Source of the DNA: Hydrolagus colliei
Taxonomy: Eukaryota
NCBI GenBank assembly: GCA_035084275.1
Contig: CM068749.1
Location: 17,422,001-17,486,000, forward strand
Length of the DNA stretch: 64,000 bases
Direction of reading: 5' to 3'
A program made the position numbers and the translations under genes. The first letter of the stretch is position 1, and each line of letters starts with the position of its first letter. Positions 26,291 to 40,059 of this stretch are shown one piece after another. The notes under the pieces are model-generated. The model was given only the letters and a program-made list of their open reading frames with translations. It searched no databases and had not been told where the DNA came from.

Positions 26291-27009
26291 CTTTGTGGTG
26301 GCTTTACTCACTAGGCCATGGGGGTAGTGTTAGTGAGCCTTAGGAGATGGTGAATGTCACTTATAAGATTAGTGTGGGCTCAAAACTGTTTAATTTATAA
26401 AGAGAAGATTTATATATATTTTACAACATTCCAGATATCCTCTGTAACTAATTACATTCTGGCTAGCTCTTTGCATTGCTTGGAATATATTTCCAGACCC
26501 CCTTGTCTTTGGTGCTGTCATAGAATTCACTTCTCAAGTGTTGGCATGCACTTCAATGATTTCTAGAAAACTGTGTGCTTGGTAGAGTCTAGTTCCACTT
26601 GCAATGGGATTACTGACTGAGCACGCTTCTGAAAATGGTTTCCTCATGCTAGGTGACATTTACTTCAAAATATTGCACCATTTTTAGAGAAAGAAAATAT
26701 TTCATTTATATCATGGGGCCGTGATTGATTTAATGCCAATGCTTTGTTTACATTCAGATGCATTTTTGCCAGGCAAGTTTATGTTGGCTTCAGTCCTACT
26801 TCTAAACTAGTTTAATATGGCTTGATTGTGAAGGTAGTTCATGTGTTTACAACATCATTGTTGCATGTAACCGACCTGACCTGAAAACAAGTCCACATGA
26901 GTTCAGTTAAACAGGATATCCATTCTAAGCAACTTAAAGGTTGCAAACTCATAAGACACAAAAATATGAAAGAATTGAATTCAAAATGAAGGTGAAATGT
27001 TCAATCAAT

Positions 27010-27275
27010 ATTTATATTTGATATAGCACCTTTCATGTCAAGAGGATGCCTCAATCCCTGGGATTTATCAGAAAGTGTTAACGGTGTATTGTGTAGGTAA
27101 ATACAGCAACCAATTTGTGCTCAACGATGTCCTACAACGTCCGACAAACAGTTATGAAGTAAGTCCAGGATCTGGGGATTGTCAGGCAGGACACCAAGAG
27201 AAACTACCTTCTCTTGTCAAATAGTGCCATTGCATCTTTCCACCCGAATAAGCAGACAAGACTTGGGTTTTATGG
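27010..27275 (-). mobile_element. Decayed DeuSINE copy
   Basis: ATTTGATATAGCACCTTTCATGTC tail; AAATAGTGCCATTGCATCTTT..CACCCGAATAAGCAGAC. Confidence 0.7.
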
Positions 27276-28134
27276 TTGAAGGTATTTATGTTTCAGTTCC
27301 GATGAGTGTGTTCTGTTAAACTCATGAGATTTGCTAAACTTTTGATACAAACTTGGGCCTGATGTCATGTTTTAGATGTCATGTTTGTTGGTCCCTTCTA
27401 TGGATTCGTACCCAGTGACCTTTCGAGGAAGTTGTATATTCCTAACTTAGATAGATCAGTTTAATGCAATGTTACTGAGCAACACAAAACGGGTTTGTCA
27501 TTCTTTATTAACAAAGGCTGAAGAGAAGTGACATGGCTGTGCTCTATTGTTAGTAAGAGCCCCTTTCTCCCTTGTACGAATACTTAGTATTGCTTCAGTA
27601 GATTTCTGTCACTGTCGTTTCCAGTTTGCTGTTAGAAAAAGTGACAAAAAGCAGGAAGTGACAATAACATGCTTTCTTTAATATAATGTTGTTTTGCTCA
27701 GAAACACAGTCAAGAAGAACTAATGCATAATAAAATCATTTACATTTGTGTATGTAAAGGAAGCATTTGCCATTCAGATAGGAGCTGGGAAACCTATGCA
27801 GTTCACTACTGTAATGATAATATGATAGCGAATATATAAGCAAGAATATTTCTGTACAAAGTCAGAAATAATTATGCACTAACCCTTAATACACCAGTTC
27901 CACTGGTGACATCACTTCCTATAGTAATGATGAACCATTCAATTTGGAATAAATTCAAGCGAAATGTGTGGATGTATACCGTGAGGGAGATGGAGGAAGG
28001 GATTTCTCCTGAGAGTACCTTTGATGAACCTCTGGGCCTTTAGTTCCATTTCTTATCATCTATGAATCTAAGTAAAGCAATGATTCTAAGTAAAGCAGAC
28101 CATGACACGCAAGTGCTTTGAAATATATGTGTAT

Positions 28135-28335
28135 ATAATAATAAAAACTCTTACATTTGATATAGCACCTTATCAGATCTTCGAGACTCTCAAAATGCTT
28201 CACAGAATGTACTGCACTGTAAAATGCATTGACTGTATATCTTATGGGCAAAACCTTGCAGCCATAGCAGTAACTCACAAATAGTCATGCATCGAAGTGA
28301 CCCAAGTTATCTTTTTTGTTAAGGAATTATTACTG
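28135..28335 (-). mobile_element. SINE 3' part
   Basis: CATTTGATATAGCACC...CTCAAAATGCTTCACAGAATGTACTG. Confidence 0.7.
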
Positions 28336-28444
28336 CAGAAAAGCGAATCGTTAACTGACTCACCAGTGATAGAAAGTGATCGGGAACGGTAAACCTGGCT
28401 AATTTAAGAACCAAGCACTTGTCACTGGGAGCATTCAGCAGAAG

Positions 28445-28640
28445 CAAACAGAAGTCGCTGGAACACTCAGCAAGTCAGTCAGCATCTATGGAGAAAGGAA
28501 AAGTGAGTCAACGTTTTGGATCCACGACCCTTCGTCAGAACTGGGCCATGTTGGGAGGGAGAGGCTTTTAAGGATTAACAGAGCAGGGGAAGGCAGGGCA
28601 GGGAAGACAAAGGAGAAAATGGGGTAGAGAGCAGGAGATG
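28445..28640 (-). mobile_element. Penelope-like retroelement terminal-repeat fragment
   Basis: GCTGGAACACTCAGCAAGTCAGTCAGCATCTATGGAG...AACGTTTTGGATCCACGACCCTTCGTCAGAACTGG resembles a common chondrichthyan repeat end. The minus strand has a CTGACGA-stem-(G>A)AAAC hammerhead-like core. Confidence 0.6.
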
Positions 28641-31600
28641 ATGGGTTAAAGAGGTTCTTGAACCTCCCTGCCAAAATAAAACATAATTATGTCAAGCATA
28701 TACTGTATATGTGTAGTGCAGTCCCCATTCAGGGAAGCTGAGGCCAGTAGCAATAGCAGCATCCTGCATGAGATCAGTTAAGTCAGCATTTACCAAGGAG
28801 ATCATATCAGGGCGCTTGGTTCAGTGCTTGCTGAATATCAAGGGATCCAGTCCCTTTCATGTTTTTTGGAGAGGGTTTAGATTTATTATTTATCATTTAA
28901 GTCTTCATGGTGTCTATTTTTCTGTTTCACGTAGGGAACCAGCGAGGGATATTCTACCTAGCGCTTGTAGAACAGCCAATTGATTCATTAAAAGCATGTC
29001 AACGATGGATAAAAAATTACAATCATTTTTTAAAAGGAGATGGGTACCACATTGAACAGTAGTTCCCAGTTCAAGTGTTTCCTGTACTGGCAATAGTCAT
29101 CCATATCTACCAAAGTATTTTTAAACTTTTCAGTCATATTTTATGTATGACTCTGTGAATAGTTTATTAATCAAGCCCAAGGAAATTGTTACAACAGGAT
29201 TTCCTGTCTAGTACATCAAATGCTTAGAGAGGAAACTTCCTGTCCTCAGTTATCTGTCAGATAGAGGTCGAGCACCTGGACTAGTTTCTAACAGGTGAGG
29301 GATGTTTACAAGAGACCATCCCGTCCCCCCCACTACACCTGGATAAGATACAAGACTAAACTCAGAATGGAACAGTGACCTTACAACTCCCAACGATTCA
29401 ATGATTCAAACTTTCAAGATTCCACGATAATAGAAATGTTAAACTTTTAATCAATAATGAGGTATTGCAATTATGATCTGACACCAAGAGGAAATACTTT
29501 GAATTATATCAGAATAGCACATCTGTGCCCCTGCACAGCATTAAGTGTAGTGTGAAATAGCAGGATTTGATGTTTTGCCAATAAGTGCTCTCACTACATT
29601 TTGGCAGAGGAATAATTACGAGAAGCTTGTTTAAATGCATTTCTATGGAAAATGGCAACAAATCGATGAAATGTACAATGGTAGAAGCAGAGCCCCAATC
29701 ATGTTTCCACCAAATGAATTTTAATCTTTGGGGAAAGATATTCATGTCAAAAAGTTGCCGATAAAAAAAAACACACAGGAGTCATTGCTGAAAGTATAAA
29801 AGGAGTTATTATCTAAACATTGTTTTGGCTGCATTAGGGGTATGAAAGTTATTACAGTGTATCTACCAGCAGGGTAGAGCATCCCTCCATCCTCCCCCTG
29901 CTATTTGATTGACAATATTTTATGGTTTGCTGGAATTACTAAAAGGCTGTTTTCATTTCGTTCTTTTATGAAGAGATTCCTTTTTTTTTCGATCCCAAAA
30001 CAAAAGTTCGGGAAGTCTGAGCCCTGTCGGAGGGCCGCCTGGAGGAACACATACAAACTTCAGCTGCCACAAAATATTGCTTGACTGCAAACAGTTTAGA
30101 TTTTCGAGATTAATTTTCATACAGATGGTTGCTTGTAATAGCGCAATTCAGGTTGGCCAACGAGTCTTAAAGGAAAATAAATCACATATTGCGACACAGC
30201 TCAATCACACAACTTTTTCTTGGATTGCAGCACCCAGCTCATTACTGGTTCACATTGTTATCAGATATGGTTCCTCCCCTGAAAGGCAATTTATCTGGTT
30301 CCATGTAAAATAAAAATCAAAGAACAAGAGAGCATCTGTTTCCTCTATATTTTGCCTCCTCGGTCTCTTACATATAAATGAATCATAGTGTTCAAACTTG
30401 AATTAAGATCTGGAGCTGGATAAACAGTTAAAGGGGGTTCCCATGGTAACTCCTGACACATAGCTGTGATTACATTATAATCCCATAGTAATCAACTCTA
30501 AATGAAAGAAAGATGATAAGCCTCCTATTTTCAATTTTCCATTCGTGCCGTTTTTTTGCTGTTCCCAATCAGGTTACAGCAATGTTCCTGGGTCATCAAT
30601 GGGGCCATTAACACTGTTTGCAGAAGACGCCACAAAATGAAGTTCAAATGCTTAAAAGTGTCTGTGTGTGACAAGAATTTAAAAGGTTACATTTCATAAC
30701 TCAAAATGTATCTGCAGAAATTAACCACGAGAAGGAAGAAAAAACAAACAAGACTACCAGGATGAACCCCGGGGAATCTGTTGTGCATGTTGTTGATGTG
30801 AATTAATATGTCATTTATTTATAGATGGCAGATATATCCCTCTGCCATGACATGTTTTTACAATAGAGAAATCAAATCGCCAAATGATCAAAATTCACAG
30901 CAATGAGAAACTATTGCATTGTTTTTGTAATATAAAACCGGATATATAAATGCATTATTATCTTGTACCCTACATTGAAGCTGTGTTGAAATAAATATTT
31001 CAGGAATTTGAAAACTTTTATCAGTTCCTTTTCCTGTGTAGCACTTATTAGTCTGATTTTTGAAGGCAGAGCAGAAAGAATAATTAAGTACCATCTGGAA
31101 ATCACCAATGGCCCTACATTAAGTTGTCTACGACATCTCAGTCATATTTTAAGTCACTGATGCTCGTGTGTTGTGTATCATCTGTTTCACTCTGTGCCAT
31201 TGCTCTTTGTATGTGGCACAATGCATCACTGCTTCTGTGCCTATGTAAATGAACTGGGTGGTGCACTTAACACCACATGTGTGATTCTAGATACCAATTT
31301 TCAGGTGCTAATTGGGGCCTGTTATAGGAGCTGGGGACAAAATGCTTCATTGGCTACAATCGTAAAAAAAATGTTGTTTGCATCAGTACTTGTTTACTAT
31401 TTATTGTGAATGAACGAGTTGGTAAAAACCCAATCGGAGATACTATTCCTTTCATCCTAATTGTATCAGCAAAAGTCCAAGAAGCAATGGTATATTTTTA
31501 AAAAAGGGGCTGCTCCCTGATAGCAGTTTGGGGGTGGCACTTTGCTTGATTTTTCTCAGCTGAAAGCACTAACAAACAGTTAAGGAGGGTTTTGCATTGT

Positions 31601-31792
31601 CTTGGGAGCTATTAATTGTACCCATGGGTCATACATGCACCTATGCTGAATGAGATAATTTTTCAACATTAGAAAGAGTTTCCTTCAGCGAATGTCCATA
31701 TGGTAAGCAATGAGTGAAATTGCACCAGGAGGATGTTCCTTTGTTTGTGACTAAAGCTTTGGCAAGAGGATACCTTGTATGTATCAAAAGAG

Positions 31793-31945
31793 AATAATAA
31801 TAATAATAATAATAATCCTTGCATTGATATAGTGCCTGTAATGTGAAAATGGCTCAGAGCACTCCACAGGTAATTGCTGCTAAGTGCAGCAACTTGGTAT
31901 TTGCTGGCAAGTGTGACCATAGACAGCCATGAAGTGAATGATCGA
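31793..31945 (-). mobile_element. SINE 3' part with (AAT)n tail
   Basis: (AAT)n CCTTGCATTGATATAGTGCC...CAGCCATGAAGTGAATGA. Confidence 0.65.
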
Positions 31946-33314
31946 TTTATTTAGATGATAATCCAGCAGGCTGGCAACAGTGGTACAATTGTGAATCTGA
32001 ACTCATTATTTTACTTGCTTTGACAGATAGTTGATCTTTAATTCTTTCTCAGCCACAGCTCCTGTAGAAAAAGCTAAAGCCAGCAACGCCATTTACAAGC
32101 TCAAACCTCCTATATTGTAGTACTGTAATTGAATGTGTTTGTAGGATTCTAGTTACATTCCACTGCTTGGATTAATTTGGTGGGGGGGGCGGGGGGGAAG
32201 TAAATAAATGACATATAGTTCATTCTACACTTCCCCTCCAAATTAATTGGGAGAACTTTTTTTAACGTATCGTTCTTGCTTTCCAACAAATATATGAACA
32301 TTTCAATCTCGCTAAATGTGCTCTAGCTTCACTCATGAACAAAACTGATACCTCACATAATGTACCTATTAATATCACAGCTTAACAAAGTTAGTGAGCA
32401 GTGAGGGCTTTGTATTGTTGCGCTTTGGTTTTCTTTATTCAAGTTACTGCATGTAACTTCTGTCTCTTGTTTCAATCAGGAGAGCATGACGGGTAGAGAA
32501 GAAACAGTCCATCAGTTCCATTTTCAGACTTGTTGACAAGAAAGGTTGCTTTAGAAGGAGGGGCTGGTAATGTTTTTCTTCCTTCATACCTCACGCTGTC
32601 ACAAAGTGCTCAATGTATTAATCTCACTGGCTGAAATGTGTTAATACTTACCTGTAACTTGAAGATTGAAATAATTCAATTTCAGCCTTTGTGATTGGAA
32701 ATCCAGCAGGTTGGAACTCTTTCTCTGAGCAATTCTGACACCACCTTGCACCACTTGAAACCATTAATGCAAATTTAACTTAAGGATGAAAATTCCTTTA
32801 AAACTCAGTAACAGAAGCCACTATTCCTTTAAAACCAGCTAGTCGAGTTTGTTCAATCCTGTTTCAAACAGATTTGGCTATTCATTACCATATTAACATG
32901 CTGGAGAGTTGCATAATTTTGAAATATGTTGATATTTTATATCATAAGACTAGTCAAATTGAATGCTGTGTAATCAAACACATGCTGATGCATTATGCAA
33001 ATGCAGAATTTAATTATCCATTCAGTGAAGATTAAAGAACGTAAAAGAATGACTTCAGTTTGCAATTTTCAATACCAACTTTACTAAATTATAGTAAATC
33101 TTCTTAATGCAACCATAAAAAGTGCAATCATCAAAATAGCTATTAAATTCTAAAAATATATCTTCATTATTGGGAGAGGGCAAGTAAAACGAAAAAATTA
33201 GCTCCCCAATAGTTCAGCACATAAATGCACCATATTGTTCAATAATGACCATATACTCCAGCAGCATCTCGTAATTTGATTGCTACTCTTGGCTGAGTTA
33301 ACTCATTTAAAGTG

Positions 33315-33540
33315 ATAATAATCCTTGCCTTTCAGGTCAGGAGGACATTTTAAAGCACTTTACAGGATTTATTGTAAAGTCTAGTGACTGTGTATCTTGT
33401 GGGCAAATGCGGCTGCGTATTTGCACTCAGCGATGTCTCATAAACATCCGTGAAGTGGATCACCAATTTTATTTGGGGATTATTATCCAAGATACTGGAA
33501 GAAACCACCTTCTCTTTTCAACTGGAGCCATAGGATCAGC
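33315..33540 (-). mobile_element. Decayed SINE (DeuSINE-related)
   Basis: AATAATCCTTGC...AAAGCACTTTACAGGATTTA...GTGAAGTGGAT...CTTCTCTTTTCAA..GCCATAGGATC. Confidence 0.6.
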
Positions 33541-34219
33541 AGAGGAGGAGAGAGCATTGGGTAATAAAATGGTGAGAGTAAGGACTCTTACTTTGCAAGG
33601 ATATTCATGTCCCATCACCCCACCGACTGAGTTCTGTCAAAGAGGATGGCCAAAGCATAACAATACCTCCATTCTTAAACTGCCAATGCATTTATGTTTG
33701 ATGGGTGATGACTAACGCTGCAGGAGAGAACAGAACATTTACTTCCCAGAACAAATACTCCATTTTAGGTGAAACTTTCCAGCTGATATCTGGAGAAGAT
33801 AAAAATAAAATGCTTCAAGGGGGAAAAAAAAACTTCTAAAATAGAAATATTTTTGAATGGAAAACATCCTAAGTAGAAAACCACAGTAACTGCCATCCCA
33901 TAGTTTCTAAGAAGCAATGTGTTAGCTTCATTCCATTTGCATTACATGCAAAGTTTAACAGTTTATTTGCTTAATTTTACTTAAAATTAAGAAACACTAA
34001 CGTAAACTTATGCAAATACTTGTTAATTTGACAGTTATTATGTATGTCAGCATAATAATGCAATATATAATCAGGATGAGTGTGGAAAGCACTGCAAGGC
34101 ATAAAATAAACTGAATTGTTAACCTGAAATACTAAACATTAAGCAATTTCAAGCTTTTCAATTGCATATATTTAACCAAATTGATGGAGAAATCAATATC
34201 AAAAAATCAAAAAAAGAGA

Positions 34220-34392
34220 AATCAAAACCTACATTTATATAAAGCCTTTCACGTCAAGAGGACGTCCCAAGGCGCTTTACAGTTAGGTAGGGACAGGAGC
34301 AGGGGCGGAGGGGTTGGGGCAGGATGAAGGAGAGTAGGAGAATTGACTGTATATTTGTGGGCGAAACACGGCAGCCAAATTGCGCACAGCAG
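34220..34392 (-). mobile_element. Younger SINE, 3' part
   Basis: CCTTTCACGTCAAGAGGACGTCCCAAGGCGCTTTACAGTTAGG...GGCAGCCAAATTGCGCACAGCAG. Confidence 0.85.
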
Positions 34393-34732
34393 ATGAAACA
34401 AACAGGCGTGCCGAAGGAGGGATTTTCCATCAGTAAATTCAATGACCTTAATGGGAAAAACAAGTTGTATTCTCTGCTGATAGGCATTTTACTGGCAATT
34501 GATGAATCATCTGCGAGCTATCTAATCCTTGATGGAGTCTTGTTGTAGTCTTGTGAGTCTGCTGCAAAAAGATGCTGCTGTATTAAAGTAAAGTACCCAT
34601 CTGATTTGTGATAGTCAGATAGGGAGGATGATTAGTGTTTGGCGACTCCAGATAGCGGGAAGAGCGTCCTATGTGTGCAACTCAACTCAAAATGACAGCT
34701 GACACCAATTTTCAATTCAACTTCCAAAATGT

Positions 34733-35050
34733 GGAGTTCTTTTCCTCAATGGTTAGAGCACTTGTATTACAAGCATGAGACCTGTGTTCGAATCCAGGCA
34801 GGTCAGGGCGAAACCTTGGGCAAGTTTCCTTATTCCACACGCCTAATAATAATCCCTCAAAAAAAACCACAATAATAAAATTGGTAATTTCAAACCATGA
34901 TTGTTTGTGGGACACTGCTGTGCGCAATTGGCTGCCAAGTTTCGCTCACAAATGTACAATCAATTCACTTTACAGTGTATTCTGTGAAGCGCTTTGAGAC
35001 GTCTAGAAGACGTGAAAAGCGCTATATCAAAATGCAAGGATTATTATTAT
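34733..35050 (+). mobile_element. Near full-length tRNA-derived SINE
   Basis: tRNA-like head CTCAATGGTTAGAGCA...GTTCGAATCC, body GGGCAAGTTTCC, tail GAAGCGCTTTGAGACGTCTAGAAGACGTGAAAAGCGCTATATCAAAATGCAAGGA(TTA)n. Confidence 0.88.
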
Positions 35051-38000
35051 AAAATACAGGAATTTTACTGAGGACAATCTTGGAGCTGATTTGCAACCAA
35101 AACCAAGGAAAATCAAAATTGGTGATAGGGTTAGTGATAAGGTGAGGGGGGGCCTATAAAAAAAAGGAAGCTGCTGAAAATTCAAAGCAAGTGACATTCA
35201 CCGCACTACACAAGAAAGGTAGTGAGGAGGAATAAAACAGTGTGATAGGAGTTAACCTGCTGTATGTGGTATCAAGCTGCTGTTAAAAGTGTGAACACAA
35301 TCTAAGATGTTTGGCAAAAGGCAGGAGGGTTTCCAATCTGACAGAGAAAGCAGGGATTACATACTTACAATAAGTAGAGCTTGATCCAATATCCAGACCT
35401 GTTGAGATGTTTGGTTTTACTCAGCAAGTGCACACTTTCATTTGACCAGATGTTACTTAGACTTTTATCTTATTCTATACAGAAGATTGTAAACAAGAGG
35501 CTAAGATCCCCATTATAATTTTTTTAATTTGCCTCAGGTTCTGATCTTAACCATATTTTTAATATAATTTCTGTTGTTTTTCCCATTGTACTGTTTTTGT
35601 TATTGCTCTTATTTGTATATACTTCTGTTTGTTTCTATTTTTCGGTAATGTGAAATTACCTTCAGGGCAGGATGGGATCACCTGTGCTCCTTTAATTGTC
35701 TAGGTTTCTGTTGCTAATGAGTAATTGTGCCTGTCTTACTCGTGGTCACATTTTTGTACTGTTAATGAGAAAAAGGTTTACAGTACAACTGTGCTGACAT
35801 CTTTAGCTCTCCCCTTTTAGATCTTGCTTTCCATCTAAAAGTAGCAAAGCTTTCCAATCCTCGGAATTTGCTTCCAAGTCTTTGTCTCGTCCTCTCTTCC
35901 CCCCTTCCTCCTCCCCAGCTTGCAGTGTAATATTGTAGCACAAAGAGCGCTATAAAGAGCGCTATATAAATGCAAATTATTGCTGTTGTAGCCATTGAAG
36001 ATGACTCAATGTTGGCTCAGGTTAATTTTTACAGCTAAGGGTGAAATTGGCCGGTGTTTCGATGGTCTATTTCTGTGATGGTACATGTCATTCACCCTGT
36101 GACAGACTGGGCATGCTTATCATTCCATTCCACATTGTTGATACCAATTATGCTTAGCAAGAGTATCATTACAGTTGGATTTTTTTTACACAGCAACTTC
36201 TGAGCTGCAAAGTCAGAAACTCCTGAAACCTGAAAGCCTTTTTAAATTAAAAAAAAGCTTAAATGGAGAGCATTTCCTGTTTGAAAAGCAAGTCACCTGA
36301 GGGCCATACTTTTAATTGCATTAAACAATTAATATTGGAATTAAGAGAATCCTAGAACATTTCACATTTTCCGTGATGTGCTAAATTTATTAATTTTATG
36401 TTATTAAATAAAAAATAATTACTACATGGATTCCTGGAGTGACATATCTTTTCTTAACACCATGTAATCTTTGTACGTTCAAAAATTACCTCCAGGTTGC
36501 ATAAAGTAGTATTCTTTCTTGTTGAGTTCCTGTTTCCTGAACAAATTATTCTTGATAATTACATTTTTCATTTTGTCTTCTTTAGAGGACAGGTAGAAGA
36601 AAAACTTCACATTGAATGGGAAGCAAAGACAATTCATCCTTGCTATTCACTGTAACTCAAATTAGTTTTCTATGTATCGTTAAGTACATGCACTGAAGAT
36701 TGCAGTAAACCCATACTGAAGCTGCTGTTAAGTTTTGGGGAGGAGATACCAGGACATTGAGATTTTTTCTCTTATCAATTATGACAATAACGCAATCAAA
36801 GGCCCAAAAAGGTTTCCTTTTCTTATGCCAGACAGTATGTCTCTAGCAGAAGAATGCAACTCATCAGCAATGTCTCCAAGTTGTCAAACAGAAGCAGGTT
36901 GGGAGACCCCACCCCCCTCCCCACCTCTGGCTGTAATGATCATGTAAGAACATCTCTATGTTGTTTTCAGGCTACTGCTATCTTGATCTGTTCACTCAAA
37001 AGACTTCCAGTGCAATTTGGGGAGAACAAGATTCCATTTATATTCCTGACTTTTCAATTGAGTTACAGTAGAAATGTCCAAAGCAAAAATGGTGGGCTCC
37101 TATCATTTACAGCTTGAACTTAGTGTATGGCAAGTAACACAACAACTCATTAACCTGTAGACCTGAAAACATATGGTTAACCCCAAGATTATGGTTCCAG
37201 TTATGAAGAGGTTTCAAGCAAGAATATACACTTTAAATAAGATTGCATCCAAAAGCCAGACAATCAGACAAGGAATATAAACTATCAGCACTAACTGGTT
37301 TGTTCAATGCCTGTGAAAATGCAGCTACTGTATATCTGGTTCCAATATATGTCACTGCCCAATTGATGATATATAATTATAACTTTATACTGGATTTAGG
37401 CATATCATGCACAGTATCTACTTAAAACAAGTCACTTTGAGCGCAGACTCACAGTCCTCCTTTGTATGTTTAATTGTTTGTGATGGGAATGGAAAACTGC
37501 TTTTTAATTGTGCCTGTAAGCCATATTAATATTCAACCAGACAGCTGGACAGGCAAAGTTAAATGCATTGGAAACACTCATGCATAGTATACATATGTAC
37601 AAAACACAGCTATCTGCACCAACTGAACCCAGGGGCTTCGCCTGTCGACCCACATATCTCCAACAACATCCTTGTCACCAGATATCAAACATTTCAGACC
37701 CAACAAATGCAATTTTATTCGCTTAGAGTTATTATTGGTTTAAAAAGTGAATCTTGAATGATTTGAATAGGAACTGGTCTGAAGTAGCCAATCATCACAT
37801 TTACCTGAATTAATCCCAAGTGGCAGAATCTTGGTAGCTTCTGATTCCCAATGAAATGTTGTCCTTATTCCTAATAAAGAGAATTAGAAAGAAAAGACAT
37901 GTGCTTTGTTTAGTGAAATGGTGACTTTTTGTATCAACATTGTCTCTCCTTGGTCAGGGTACTTGATGTATCAGGCATAATGTTAGGGTTTCTTCAAGAT

Positions 38001-38460
38001 TAAACTCAGGTGAGAAAAGGCATCCTGTAAATAAAAAGCAACTGTGATCTATTCAATTACATCTTTGAAGCTCCTAAACCATACATTATGAATGGGTTAA
38101 GATGAATGCCCATTGATTTTAGATGTAGCTTTACTTACTGAAGATATCACTGATTTTTAAGTGCCAAATTGTTATGCTTGGAACTACCATAACATTATTT
38201 TTCAGAATGCATATATTTTATATACAGTATATATACAGTGTATGAAATACAGCAATTAAGCTGTTCAGACCTCAAATCTTATTTTAAAACTGAATACCAT
38301 ATGTGAACTTTTTCCTGAGGTGAACAGCAGGAGGGGCCTTTGGGGCTTAACTCACGTTGGTCAATAATTCAATTGGAATTGATTTCTGCGACTTAGTACC
38401 TGTAGTTAGTTTAAGCAACTTTCATCTAACAGTAGCACTGTGAAGGAGTTCTAGTGCATT

Positions 38461-38476
38461 CCAGCAGGAGGCGCTA
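38461..38476 (+). promoter_or_regulatory. Candidate CTCF binding site
   Basis: CCAGCAGGAGGCGCTA vs consensus CCASYAGRKGGCRS (one mismatch), in otherwise AT-rich DNA. Confidence 0.55.
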
Positions 38477-40059
38477 GCTCTCCAGCAACAAAAACCTTAC
38501 CAAAATTTAGCAAGTTTATTTTACCCCCATTTGCTGCTTAATTTGTGAGCGTTTCTGGTGCATTTGACGAAAATTATCTTTGCAAACGACAAGTAAGTAG
38601 TTTCTCTGAATATGAACCAAACTCTAATTGCACGGAGTAAGAGCTGTAGAGAAAATTGTTGTTGAAAACATTTGAAATGTACTGGATCCTAAATCTGTTT
38701 CATATTCAGGTGACCTGGAGCCAGCATTGTTACTGCTAATGACTTCCATAAGAATCCGTGGTCATTGTAGGAACTGTTGAAAAAATTGGTGCGTTTTATT
38801 GTTGAATCTCTCTTTGCCTGTTTGGGAAATGTTTTGTTTGGAGCCATTATTATAATGTTCTGACGATAGCTGGCCTGCTGCCTGTCTGGGCAAGAGAAAA
38901 AAACACCGCAAAATTGCCGAGTTAAACGAGAGTGAAATAACGAAGATTTGATGGGACTCTCGTTAATAAAGTAAGCCTCTCTTTGTTTTCGAAATTAATG
39001 ATGGGGTGAGTCGGGCTTTGATAGCTTGTTACTGTAAATAAAAGGCATAAAGCAGTTCTTCCTCTCGAGCAGCTGAAACTAGCACTGTGGCTGTGAAATA
39101 TGTAGCTAATTAAATCTATTGGTGTAAGAGACTAATAAAGTACATGTGCCTGCTAGATGCCTTATTCTAATGAATCTGAACTAATTTGCTTTGACTGATG
39201 AATTTTCTGTTAGCAGTGGGTAGAATAATTATGAAATTTATCACACAGCAGCTCATTAAAGATTACCTGGTCCACATCATGCCATTGTTTTCTTTAGAAC
39301 TCGAATAGCCTTAATCAAATGTTAGTTAAAAAAAAGCTCTAAAACACAAATAATGGGTGGGAGCTTTCGAAACTGTTTCCACTGGGGATTTTGAGTGTCC
39401 TTAATATACTTTACCTCGATCATATTACGGAAGAGGTAATATTTCCCCGTCATTTACCAAAGCTCATTACAGAACAAACAATGAGATTCCTCTGAGGCTC
39501 CTATTGAAGTCACTTTATAATTCTCTCTGTTTTAATAGTTGGAACAAATTAATTATTCCATTGTGAAGACAGCATTATTCAGATCATTCATTCCGGTGAA
39601 TAGGATGAAACTCAAATCTGGATGGAATTTATGCCTTCAGATGAAGAGAAATTAGAAAATTGAACTTCCCCCCCTGTCTGTCAGTGGGGAGAGGGACTAA
39701 ACAATGGTCCATTTAATAGAGAAAAAGGCAGCACTGCTTGGAATTGCCCAACTAGGATTCAAATGACTCTTTTATCGCTTGAGACTTTCTTTACATCGAA
39801 CTGAATGTAGTATACGTTACCACAGAGCTGCCCGGAGTCTTGGAAGTTTTGTTTTCATTCCATCTGACATGTGTTGTGTGTGTTTTACTGTACTCTCTGC
39901 AACCAGGTTAGGGCAGTGCTCTCATCTTCGCAGAAATAAAGGGACAGGGAGGGCCAAAACATAAAGTCAGTGGTTATTTTTTTAAACTCTGTAATCGCTG
40001 TCCTATATTTAATATTACAAACACAAGACTCTGGGGTCGTGTTAGGAGACTGTTACTGC

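Noticed and set aside
34733-34800. tRNA gene
   Set aside because: A and B boxes are present but the acceptor stem is broken and the sequence continues into a SINE body and tail
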